Shown here: positions 1 to 11,116 of the stretch, in pieces
How positions within the stretch are numbered: position 1 is the first letter of the stretch
Layout of the letters: every line of letters starts with the position of its first letter
Source: Batkoa obscura
Taxonomy: Eukaryota
Length of the DNA stretch: 64,000 nt
Assembly (NCBI GenBank): GCA_030770535.1
Contig: JASVEC010000029.1
Span: 496,001 to 560,000 of the forward strand
Reading direction: 5' to 3'
Program-made: the position numbers and the translations under genes
The notes under the pieces: generated by a model
What the model was told of the DNA's origin: nothing
Seen by the model: the letters and a program-made list of their open reading frames with translations, nothing else
The model's database searches: none

Positions 1-690
1 AATGGGTAAAAACATAATAGTATATATATAATAATGTAATTTATTTTATTATAAATTAGATTTAGATTATAGAATGCCATCCCGTAATTCTTTACAGTTA
101 ATGTCGCCTACTAAAAATAAGACTTTTACCGGTTTATTTTTAAATAAGAAAAATGAGTTACAACCTGATTTATGGCTTAATAAAATTGATAAATTATTTT
201 CTGATAAGATTGAGATTTATTCCAATACTGGGTTTACAGTGGATGATATCATGATTCAGTTGACCAAAATAACATTAAAGGTAGGGATAATTAATATAAT
301 ATTACTATATTTATATCAATTATTATATGTTGTTCATTATATTAATATTTTGCCAGGCTACTTCTGAAGCCATTAGACTGAGTGCATTGAATCAAAATGC
401 GTTTTATCAATTACAATTAGATTTGGAATATTTTCAAAGGAAGTTACCAGTCTTTGTAAAATTAGACAAGTAATTTACTATTTATCAAATCATATTATAT
501 AGCTTATTTTTGTATTACAGTTCCATACAATCTTTGTTTAATGAAGTCATATCATCTGGCTTTAAACGAGCAATTATTACAGAAAGATTAGATCCTATAG
601 TAAGTTTAGTTAATGATAGTCATAATAACGAGTACCAACTATAACTTTTAGAAAATCGATCAAATTCTTGGGCCTGAAAATCCAATTTAA
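1..690 (+). CDS. VPS51: 3' end of a GARP/EARP complex subunit Vps51-like gene (multi-exon; starts before the window)
   Basis: Spliced exons at about 73-280, 357-469, 521-600 and 652-690 give IDKLFSDKIEIY...LTKITLK-ATSEAIRLSALNQNAFYQLQLDLEYF...LFNEVISSG. This matches the Vps51 C-terminal pattern (IxKLFSERI...KISLKT..E..RL....QQxQVD). Stop TAA at 688-690. Confidence 0.75.
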
Positions 691-884
691 AGTTTTAAAG
701 TTATCGAATGTTATTTATTAAGTTTTAGATAAGATTAAAATTTAAGATAATAGCCATCAAAAAATTTAAAGTAATGTTTGAAATGAAATAAAAGATTTTA
801 GTCAATATAGGTAGATTATTTTTTAAAAACAAGTTTTTAGATGTTTAAAACTAGAACCAAACCCAAAGTTAACATAAAAAAGAT

Positions 885-928
885 CGACCAACAGAAGAGT
901 TGAACCTCCAACCTTTAGATATCAAGTT
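885..928 (-). pseudogene. Degenerate 3' half of tRNA-Trp (relic)
   Basis: cgaccaacagaagagttgaacctccaacctttagat aligns to tgaccagcagaggagtcgaacctctaacctctagat of the intact tRNA-Trp at 1453. The D arm and 5' acceptor half are absent. Confidence 0.65.
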
Positions 929-976
929 AATTTTCAATCTATTTTTATAGCTTAAAACGACAAATCTATTTCATAT

Positions 977-1252
977 GAGAAGTTTAAAAGCCTGATTAAA
1001 ATTAGAAATTCCCAACTTCACTTTTTTGTCCATTTTATATATAGCGTAAAACTTGAAAAATACAAACAAATATTATACAAAAAAGCGCTCTAATAAGATT
1101 TAAAATTAAGCAAAAACAATATGAGGGTGTTTTTTTTGACTTCATTACTTTTTCACTTTTTAAGCGCTATTTGAGTGGAAAGACTATTAGTAAAATTTTT
1201 AAACAAAAAAACAAGATTAAATAAGATTTGAACTAAGCTTTTAGATCAAATC
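977..1252. mobile_element. MITE family 2 copy, degenerate, with a nested family-1 MITE
   Basis: Colinear with 24182-24416 (aaagcctgattaaaatt...tcccaac/attcac...tagcgtaaa...aaattaagcaaaaaca, ending aagcttttagatcaaatc). Flanked by atat/atat. Confidence 0.6.
1123..1212. mobile_element. MITE family 1 copy (right TIR missing)
   Basis: Contains the family core ttcattacttttt...ttaagcgctatttgagtggaaaga.t.ttagtaaaatt..taaac. Confidence 0.8.
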
Positions 1253-1452
1253 ATATAACAATCAATTATTAGCCACTACTTGATATATTAAATACAGGTT
1301 GTTTTTTTTCCATTGATGATTTTCAATGTTGGAAGCTAAGAGTTAATTTCTAATTTTTTTAGTAGAATTTTATAAATTTTAAATTAAAGAAAAAATTTTT
1401 AAAGCTAATATTAAAAAAGAATAAATTAAAACGACTTTGAATACAAAAGGTA

Positions 1453-1524
1453 TGACCAGCAGAGGAGTCGAACCTCTAACCTCTAGATCTGGAGTCCAAC
1501 GCGCTACCATTGCGCCAGCTAGCC
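1453..1524 (-). tRNA. tRNA-Trp (CCA)
   Basis: Reverse complement GGCTAGCTGGCGCAATGGTAGCGCGTTGGACTCCAGATCTAGAGGTTAGAGGTTCGACTCCTCTGCTGGTCA folds as a cloverleaf with anticodon loop CTCCAGA, a GTTCGA T-loop and a downstream T-run. Confidence 0.95.
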
Positions 1525-1656
1525 AATTTCCTTTATGGAAATCATTTTTCTTATGATTTTACTTTGTTAATTATATATATACCCTTTATTATAACATAAA
1601 AATTCTGTTACATTGACTAGTGACAAAGTAACTTTACAAATATGTAAGTGATATAT

Positions 1657-1754
1657 GAGGATGCTTTTTTGGTTTCATCACTTTTTCCATCTTTTAAGCG
1701 CTATTTCAGTAGAAAGATTGTTAGTAAAATTCTCAAACAAAAAAATACATCCCC
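1657..1754. mobile_element. MITE family 1, full-length (about 98 bp)
   Basis: TIRs gaggatgc...acatcccc, atat/atat flanks, conserved core. Confidence 0.85.
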
Positions 1755-3071
1755 ATATGCTAAATTGAATCGAAAGAAGGATTATGATGGATTGAGTATA
1801 TAAGGTTATATATCATCAATGTTTTTGACTATATGATTTTATTACTAATTCTATTATAGCTATAGTTAAAAGAGTTAGCTAGTACCATCAACTATTTTCA
1901 GTAATGTTCATACTATGATAGCCCATTAAATCTAATTTTAACTAGTTCAAGTTATTTTTTTAGCTTGATAATAATATTTTTATTAGTTATAGTAAAAATG
2001 TTTACTTTTACTTTTTAGCTAAAATATAATATGTTGCTTTTGAATAATAATAGTAATTAAAACTATTACTAAAATGAAGTCAATTTAAAGTTAAACATAC
2101 CACTATTGTGCTAGCTAGATAATGCTCTTTTGGCTTATTTGAAATATGAGGAAGTAAATTGTATATTGGGATATCTTCTTGATTTAGCTTCTTTTCCTTT
2201 TTTAGTGCTATTGCGTAAAAAAATTATCAATAAAAAATTAAACAAAAGTGTTCATATAAATTATTAATGTGTTTTATTATTTAAATATCAACTTCATTAT
2301 TTTATCATATTTTAAATAATACTTATAGACTGTTTTCAATTAATGAAAGAAAATATGATTTAATGTATTTATGAATCAATTTTATATTTAAAAGTTGGTA
2401 AAAGTTATTATTTTAATTTTGAACATTTTTTAAATTTTAAATCGAATCAAAGATAAACAAATATGCAATAAAAAATTTATTACTATTAATAAAATAAACA
2501 ATATAAAGCTATACCTTTCTATAAAAATACAAATAATATAATAACGATAAAACTTATTAAAAGATAATATCGTTTAATGAATAACACGGGTGCTTCTTTT
2601 GTTTAACAATTTGATTTAATTATGAATAATTAAAAAATTGAATCCTAGAAAGTGATTAAATACTAATTTTTCCCTCAGATGAATAAACAAAATAAAAAAC
2701 ATTTAAAATCTAATTTCCATAAATAATAATAGTATATATTGAACATCCGGGATACATGATAAAAAAGTAACCAGCGGAGATGAATATATGAAAAGCAACG
2801 ATAGTTAAATTTAATCATAATACTCTATTTTGAAGTCAATTGAAGAAATCTAAAACTTACAAAATTATAATATATTCTCTACAAAAAGTCTTGGTTGGCT
2901 TCATTTAAGCCAATTAGAAGTGGATATTAAGAAAAGCAAAAATACCAGCTTAGTTTTAAGTAAAAAATTGATAAACATTCTTTTTACATTTAAATATTAA
3001 ATTATTAAAACTATTAATTTTAATTAATAGCTAAACATAGTTTATATAAAACTTAGTATTGATTTTAAAAA

Positions 3072-5002
3072 ATGTATCTTAAAACCGTAGATTCGACTGA
3101 ATTAAAGAATTATTTATTGAATTCTTTAGCACCAATGTAATTTATAATATTTTAGTTTAGTTTTAGGAGTAAAAGTATTTGAATATTAATAATATTAATT
3201 TCCGAAATTAATGCTAAATAGGATTCATGTTTTGTTTCATTAGATTCTTTTTTAAAAGCTAATACTTGTTTTATCTAGTTCCGATGCCGATAATGAAGCA
3301 CTTTCTGAGTATATTGTCACTTTGATACGAAATGATAAGCCCAGCTCAGAAATAAAACAAGAATGCCTGGAACAATTGGAAGAATTCTTAGAAGACAGTA
3401 ATAAAAACAAAAATAAAAGTACTTGAAATAATTTCGTAAATAGGAACGATGACATTTATAAATAAATTGTTTTCATGGATCGGTGAAAGATCTCAAGGCC
3501 AAGAAGAATATGAAACAGGGAAAAAAAGAGGTACTTCTCCAGCCCATGAGACTGAATATAAGAAGATTAAAAATAAGTTTAATGAACCAAGGTATTTTTT
3601 AAAAAATGTTTGTTAAATTCTTTATATTGATAAAATGAAAGGTATACTAAAAGATACCAAAGACCTTGCCGTTATTTCTCAGGTAATTTTTACTCTATAA
3701 TTTTGTTTTTATTCCAAATTTTGTTTTAGAAACTGGGTATTGCAAATGGGGCCAAGAATGTCACTATTCGCATGAAATTGATCACTCTTCAAATCAAATG
3801 AATAACCATCAAGTATATGATCCAATAAATAGTAATGTGATAAACCCTCAGCCTGAGGATGAATATGATCCAACCAATTTAAATGGTGGGCAGCAAAAAG
3901 GAGGATCTTACCTACAAGGCAGATTAAAGTTTAATAATGGTACAAATAACGGTATGTTTCAACGACAAAACAATGAAAAGAGGATCGTGTGCTATAATAT
4001 TCCGAAAGAATCATTATCTAAAGACTCAATTATGGAATATTTTTCACGATTTGGAGAGATCGTTGAAATTAGTCTCAATGAAATTAATTCATGTGCTGAG
4101 ATCGAGTTTAAAATAAGGACTGATGCTTCTAAAGCAATTGACTCAACTGCACCAATATTCGATAATCGTTTTGTTAAATTAGAATGGAAAGCACAAGAAT
4201 ATAATAATAGCGTTCAATCTACTTATCACACTCCCGCTCCTCACAAAAATAGCGAAGAATTGGCTGCTATGCGCGAGGAAAGGATCAAAACTGTAACTTC
4301 ATTAATTAAGCAAAAAACAGAATTGGTTGAAAAACAATTAAAAAGTCAAAAGGAGCTTATAACTATGATCGAAGATTCAAATACCTCAGAACATAGTAAA
4401 AAGGAACTTATACAAACTTTAAACCAACTTACAAAATCAATTAAAGAGCAAATGAATTCTATTGAGGAAGAAGAGACTATATTAAATAATTTAAGGGAGA
4501 ATAAACTTGATAATGGGGCCAGTAAGCCTTACCCAGTTTATGCAGCAGCTGGAAGTAATAAATGGGTTAAAGATAAACCTTATCAAGCTAGAAAGTTCAA
4601 ACTTGATAATCGACCAAAATCATTCATTGTAACTGGGTTTGCTAAAGAGCAAAACGAAGAAGTGAGACAGTTTCTTAGTGTAATTTTATAATTATTTTAA
4701 ATATGTAAAATTAATATTGAGATATAGGCATTAAATCATGTTGAAAATATAGAATTTGATCAAGAAAAAGAAGGTTATGTGGTTTCCTTTCCAAATAACT
4801 TTTATGCAATTAAGGTACTTTTTAAAAAAAAAGCAATGGGATGATTTATACTCAACTTTTGTTTTAGGCTTACCCACTTTCATCAAAATATGACGGCGTT
4901 GTACTCTCGTCTACTTGGATTTATAACAAACCACAAGAGACTGAAAAAACTGAAGAAAATCAAGGAAGTAATGGAAATGAAGATCAAGATGCAATGGAGT
5001 AA
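3072..5002 (+). CDS. RBM26/RBM27-like RNA-binding protein (PWI-like, CCCH zinc finger, RRM, coiled coil, second RRM); multi-exon
   Basis: The N-terminal exons give ELKNYLLNSLAPI-SDADNEALSEYIVTLIRNDK...ECLEQLEEFL (RBM26 PWI-like). They are followed by PCRYF..TGYCKWGQECHYSH (CCCH), the RRM in ORF 3798-4691 (YFSRFGEIV...APIFDNRFVKLEW) and KLDNRP. Confidence 0.85.
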
Positions 5003-6319
5003 TTTTTAACTCATTAAAATAAAAGATATATTTTTTTATTTGTATGACTAAGTCACTTTTAATGTTGACTTTGGATATTATTAAATTAAGTTCAACATCT
5101 TGTTGAGATAATAACTGATTATAAAGTGATAGATTTTGAAATAGGTATAGAATCATAATATTATTAAAATATCAATGGGAATATTTTTGTCCATTTTATT
5201 GCTTTGCTCACTATTAAGTAGTATAAACCAAAAAAATTGTTAGTTAAATTTTTAAATAAAAACATGGCTATAAATAGCAATATTCTGCTCTGTAATAAAA
5301 AGAATAAAGTATCTCAACCTTATTGAATTGCTTTGAATTGATGTCAAAACTCACGGTATTTTTGTTCCTACATTACTTTACTCAATATAACTTTTTTTTA
5401 AAGTATTGCTCATTGTGACCTCAATAACGCCACAATCATAGTAGGTTACCTTTGTAATTTTATATTAAGTGTTATTACCCCTTTACCAGGAATACACATA
5501 CTATAGTATTTTGCCCTATTAAATCCCTAATACCAGATAAATAATATTGCAATGATTTGACTTATATCAAGTAACCTTAACTTTTTTATAATAACTTGAT
5601 TGCATTTGAAGAAGAGAGTCATGTGTAGATATCATTAATAGAGGAAATAAAAGGAAATTCTTTTTTCTATTTCCATCTTTTAAAGGCACATGTACCCATA
5701 TGTAACCCCGTTTTAAGTGTAGAATTTTTGAACGATTGCACTTGGTGATAATGATTTATTGATAATAACTTATTGAATTGTAACTAACAATTTAATTATA
5801 TTAATTATCAATCTTTAAATTAACGTTTAAATAGTAATTTTTAATCAATTTATATAATAAAGCTCAATAAATTTTTTATAATAGTGTGTTTTTTTTGCTT
5901 AATTTATAAGATTTTAAAATACAATTTAATTACGTTAAACTAATAAAAAAGTTTGAATATTTTTTACTTATGATTAAGTTTGATATCAAACTTATCATAA
6001 AGTATAAACTAAAATTAAAAAATACTTAGGGGTCCGAGTAATAAAATGAAGCTACTAGGATCAAGTTAAATAATATGACTTATATAGAACCAATAAGCAA
6101 ATTAATTAATTAGCTCAGCCCATGCTTACTTATTGTAAACCCGCTACGTATAAAGAATTTTAAGAGAAACTACATCCACACATGTAAGTCTAATAAGACA
6201 TCATTGAGTTAAATCACCACTTTTAACAATTTACTTAAACCAATGAAACGTAACGCATTTAAACTTAGCAGGCTAAATGCCACCTATAAATCAAAAAACA
6301 GCTTTGAAAAATCAATAAA

Positions 6320-8226
6320 ATGTTTTTCAATCCTTTAATTTTTATTTATTCATGTTTATTTTTATCCTCAAACACTTACATCTATTCCCAACAGTATCCT
6401 TTTATAGGCGAAATTGAATCCAATTTGAACAACGCTGGCTCTTCACTGACCCATTTCTATCAACAGGCCAGTACGGACATTGAGACTACTTTAGGGTTAA
6501 AGGACTTCTTCAGAAAAATTGCTAAGGACATGTCAAAGGGTGGCTCAGTAGGATGTAGAGCTTGTAAACGAGGGCTAGTAACTTTTAAGCGCGCCTATGC
6601 ATCTTCCTTATTCAGACCTTTGGTCATCAACGCGGCGCTTGATATATGTAAAAGGAAGGGGCAGCCACCAGAAGTATGTAGAGGATCAATTGATCTGTAT
6701 GCACCTTGGGTATTTAAGATATTAGAAACTATTGATTTTAATAAGAAAGAAAATGCGGAATTAAAGCAATTATTCTGCTTTGCGTTGGATAATACCTGTG
6801 ATTACCCAGAAGGTTTGAAACCAAATACTTTAAAGTTTCCGGAAAAGGAAAGAGAGTCGGAGATAAAACCAGAGCCTATCAGGGATCAGAAAAAGTTAAG
6901 AGTATTACAATTATCTGATCTTCATATTGACCATTTATATGAAACTGGAGCAGAAGCGGATTGTAAGGCACCTATTTGTTGTCAGAAATACTCTAGAAAT
7001 AAAGGTGAAAAGATTAAGAGAGCAGCAAGCCAATGGGGAGATTATAACTGTGACATACCACAAAGGTTATTTGAATCAATGTTAAGGTTTATTACGAATA
7101 ACTTAATGCCAATTGACGTCGTACTTTTTACTGGTGATATTCCAGCGCATGATGTTTGGAATCAGTCTTCTATTGTGGCAAACCAGGTTGAAAGATCCAC
7201 ATTTAATTTATTGAAAAAAGCGTTTGATCATTTAAATATTCCCGTTATACCAGCTATCGGTAATCATGAAGAAGTACCTGCTAATTTGTTTCCCTCAACT
7301 TCTGGTAACTCAAATTTATATTTATCTACCAATTAAACTAATTTTATTAAATAGTGCAAGACGGCTATGTCAACCTTTATTCTGAGCTTGGTAGTATGTG
7401 GAAAGATTGGCTACCAAAAAAAGCATTAGAATCTCTAAAAGCAATGGGTGTTTACTCTATGGAACCTTTCTCAGGTCTTAAAGTGATATCACTTAACACA
7501 AACATGTGCTATCTATTAAACTTTTGGTTGGTTTCAAGTTTACAAAAAGACAATCAAGATCCCAACTTTATCCTTCATTGGTTAATTCAAGAACTAAACG
7601 AAGCTGAGAACACTGGACAAATGGTGTACATTATAGGACATGTGCCTCCAGCTCATCCAGATTGTTTCCCATATTGGTCTGATGGGTTTCATCAGATCGT
7701 TAATAGATACTCTCATCTTATTAAAGGCCAGTTTTATGGCCATACCCATCTGGATCAATTTCAACTGTTTTATCAAAGCAATCAAACTAAACAAGAAAAT
7801 ACTGCTATCAGTATAGCTTACATCAATCCCTCTGTAACCACCTTTAAAAACATTAATCCTGGATTTAGGATTTATGAGGTGGGTGCAACCAACTATGGAA
7901 TCTACGATAGTCTTACATATGTGTGGGATTTAACTACTGCCAGTGAATTCGAGGAACCTAAATGGAAGTTGGAGTATAATGCTAGGGATTTCTTTTTACC
8001 TAGACCTTATGATAATATGGAATTAACCCCACAATGGTGGCATCGGGTTGTGAATAAATTGGAAGCTAAGCCTCATCGAATGGAACTGTTTCATAAAGTT
8101 ATGTATAAACAGGCTCATCAAGATTTCCAATGTAAAGAAAAATGTAGGAAAAATATCATTTGTAACCTTAGAGCAAGTAACGCTTCCCAAGCCTGCGCTA
8201 GAACTTCGCCAATTTCTAGACATTAG
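6320..8226 (+). CDS. Secreted acid sphingomyelinase-like phosphodiesterase (saposin B + calcineurin-like metallophosphoesterase); one intron at about 7305-7354
   Basis: Signal peptide and saposin Cys pattern. Motifs SDLHID, GDYNCD, TGDIPAHD, GNHE, IGHVPP and FYGHTH are present. The two ORFs join through a gtaact...aaatag intron. Confidence 0.93.
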
Positions 8227-8801
8227 TGAATGGGATGTAATAGCTGCTTTTTAACTGTTTTTTAAATTAGTAAAATTAGTTTATTATTAAATTTTTCTAG
8301 TCATTTTTAGTATAATGGTATAGTCTAGTTATGATTTGTAACGCTTTTAATGTGTTTATAGAATTGGTTAATCTACTATTTTTAATAAAAGTCTACACGA
8401 TCATTAAAAGTCTAACTTGAGTTCACTAACTAAAAGCTCATGAAACAAGTAGCAAGGATTAGATTTTTTTATACCTTACCCATTAAAACTCATTTTGTTT
8501 TATCTCAAAGGTTTCAAAAAACTAAACATCAAAACATAATGAATATTTCAGTAATATTTATTTAGCCAAAAATTTAAGCAAACAAAATGCAAGTATAATA
8601 AATCGCAACAAAAAAACAAAAAAAAGCTGACATAGTTAACCATACTTTTGGATAATACAATCGGAACCAAATTTAATAAAGCTGTATTATAAAGTCATAA
8701 TCAAATCTCAAGCTTATCTCGACTAAAATAAAATTATTATTAGCTATTTCAAATCAACATTCAAAAACATCTACTTACAATGATAAACACTCAAACGACC
8801 C

Positions 8802-10491
8802 CTAAGCGTTCCTAGGACCTTCACTTCCATTTTTACCACCCATTTGACCATTACCATTCAGATGAATGTTTCCATTAATATTATTCCCATTAATATTACC
8901 ACCATTAAAATTGGGTATAAAGGGCGCGCTATTAATATATCTCTCAAAATCTTCTATTTCTTCCAAATCAGTACGAACTGGATCACATTTCATTCCGTTG
9001 ATTGTAGGTCCTTGATAACTATCTGAACTACCTAAATTATCGGGTTTACTATTCACCTCTTTCTGTAGCATACCATTATGTTCCTGTGATATGATGGGGT
9101 TTGTTAGCAATGGGTCACTTTGTAGTCCGTTTGAAAAATTGCTCATTGCCGTTTGATTCTCACTAGATGATATTGATAAACCGTTGGGGTTCAGCTGAGT
9201 GTTAAAATCGATGGGGATATCGGGTATGGAAGCAAACACATCATGATGTGGAATAGGGAAGCTACTCTGCATCATATCCATCTGATTTTGTTGTGGAAAT
9301 TGATTTAACATTTGCATCTGATTAAATTGTTGCTGTAATAGTGGATTACTGCCCCCTACATTTGGCATTAAGCCATGACCAAATCCTTGTGGCTGAACAA
9401 ATAATTGTTGTCGGGCTCTAAACTGTTGTATCTTTAAAAATTGAACCTGTTTATGATGCTGTGTAAACACATCTCGTTGAAGTGGAAGACTGATGTTATT
9501 GTTATTCATCATGACGCCCATATTTGGTCTCATTTGAGGTGGAATGGCAGCAACTAGAGGTGGCATTATATTTGGATTGGTACCTTGTCTCTTTAACTGA
9601 TGTCGATGTAAAGCATGTTGTGAAGCTACATATTGTTGTTGTGCATTCAAATTAGCTACATTTTGTACCATCAAATTACCTTGCATTTGTCCACTCATGT
9701 CGCCCATTTGTATAGATTGATTCATTAGCATTTCTGGGTTACTCATTGCCTGATCAATACCCAATCCAGCTGTCGTCAAATCTTTTGAATCCGTTTGTAA
9801 ATTATCCCAACTTGTTACAGGAAGTGTTTGTGGTGGAAGTGAAATAGTCATTATATTTTGAGATGATAAAATAGTAGTCCCTTCTGATTTTTCATTGTTA
9901 GATGTACTTGAGACTAAAGGCATTATAGGTGTAGAAGCACTATTATTTTTTGTAGGTTCGCTTTGACTCAATGGAGTTGTGGACTTCCTTTTTGAGCCGT
10001 TTTCTGAAGAAAGTTTTTTATTTGGTGAACCATATCTTAATTTCCTTACTGCTTCATCAGTAGTTTCGTTTTTCGATTTATTTTTTATTGCTTCTCTTAT
10101 TTTGTCAAAGGTGATACTGCTTTGTTCTTCTGCCTAATTAGATTGATTATTAATAAAAGAGTTAATTTAAGCTGTTAAAGACTACCTGAAAAAAAGCAGC
10201 TAACTCGGGCCTTTCGTAGCCTACTTTTTTATAACCCGCATACATCACATGAAAAGGCTCCCAAAAATCTAAAATGGAAGGTTCGGAATCATCGTTAGCA
10301 TTTAAAACAGCTTCTTTGTCGATCTTTTTTTCCATTAAAAAAGCTTCAGCAGCTGAAAGACATTTCTTTTTAACTAAATATTCATAGATGCAGTAATCTA
10401 AACTATTTTAGTAGGTAAAAATTTAAAACAATTGATAGTAATCCTACGCTTTCTCCGGGTCCTCATGCATAGGTTTTTTGACATGATTCAT
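8802..10491 (-). CDS. LisH/LUFS-domain, Q/N/M-rich transcriptional co-regulator (Flo8/Som1/SSBP/LEUNIG-like); 3 exons
   Basis: The upstream exons give MNHVKKPMHEDPEKA-LDYCIYEYLVKKKCLSAAEAFLME...PSILDFWEPF (LisH plus LUFS-like). These splice into the Gln/Asn/Met-rich ORF 8802-9971. Confidence 0.7.
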
Positions 10492-11116
10492 CTTTTAATG
10501 TTTAGGTTCAAACTATGTTAAAAATATTAACCTTGGTATGACAAAGCATTCTTTTTTTTAAATAACAGCAATATAATGCTTAATCATTTCAAAAAATTTA
10601 TTGGCCAATGATCAAAATCCTCTGAACCTCAACCAAAAAATAAAACCAGAAGTTATAAGGAATTAAAGCAGCATAATTTCAATTAAACGTTATATTTTTA
10701 TTCTTATCATTAGCATATTCTTGATTATTTTTTGGTTGCTATCCCTATATTTACATATGACTATATATGATTTATAGTAATAGTAGCTATACATTATATA
10801 AAATGCAGCTATTGGGGTATTGAGAATAGCCCTTAAGGCTTAAATTAGCAAAAATAATACTTTTTGGTTCTGATCCTTAAACCAATAAGCATCTAATCTA
10901 TTTAATATACCGGATATTGTGCGTTGAATCTATTTTGAACATTTGAGCAGTCATTTTGTTAGAAATTCAAATTAGTCATCTGATTGGCTAAAGAGAATAA
11001 CTCTTACCCATTGGCTTAAAAGACATTTAACCATCCCCATTATTTTTATTTAATCTCTAATTTTAATAAACCAATTTGAGAATTTTCATTACCAAATAAC
11101 TAACGAACATCAGACC

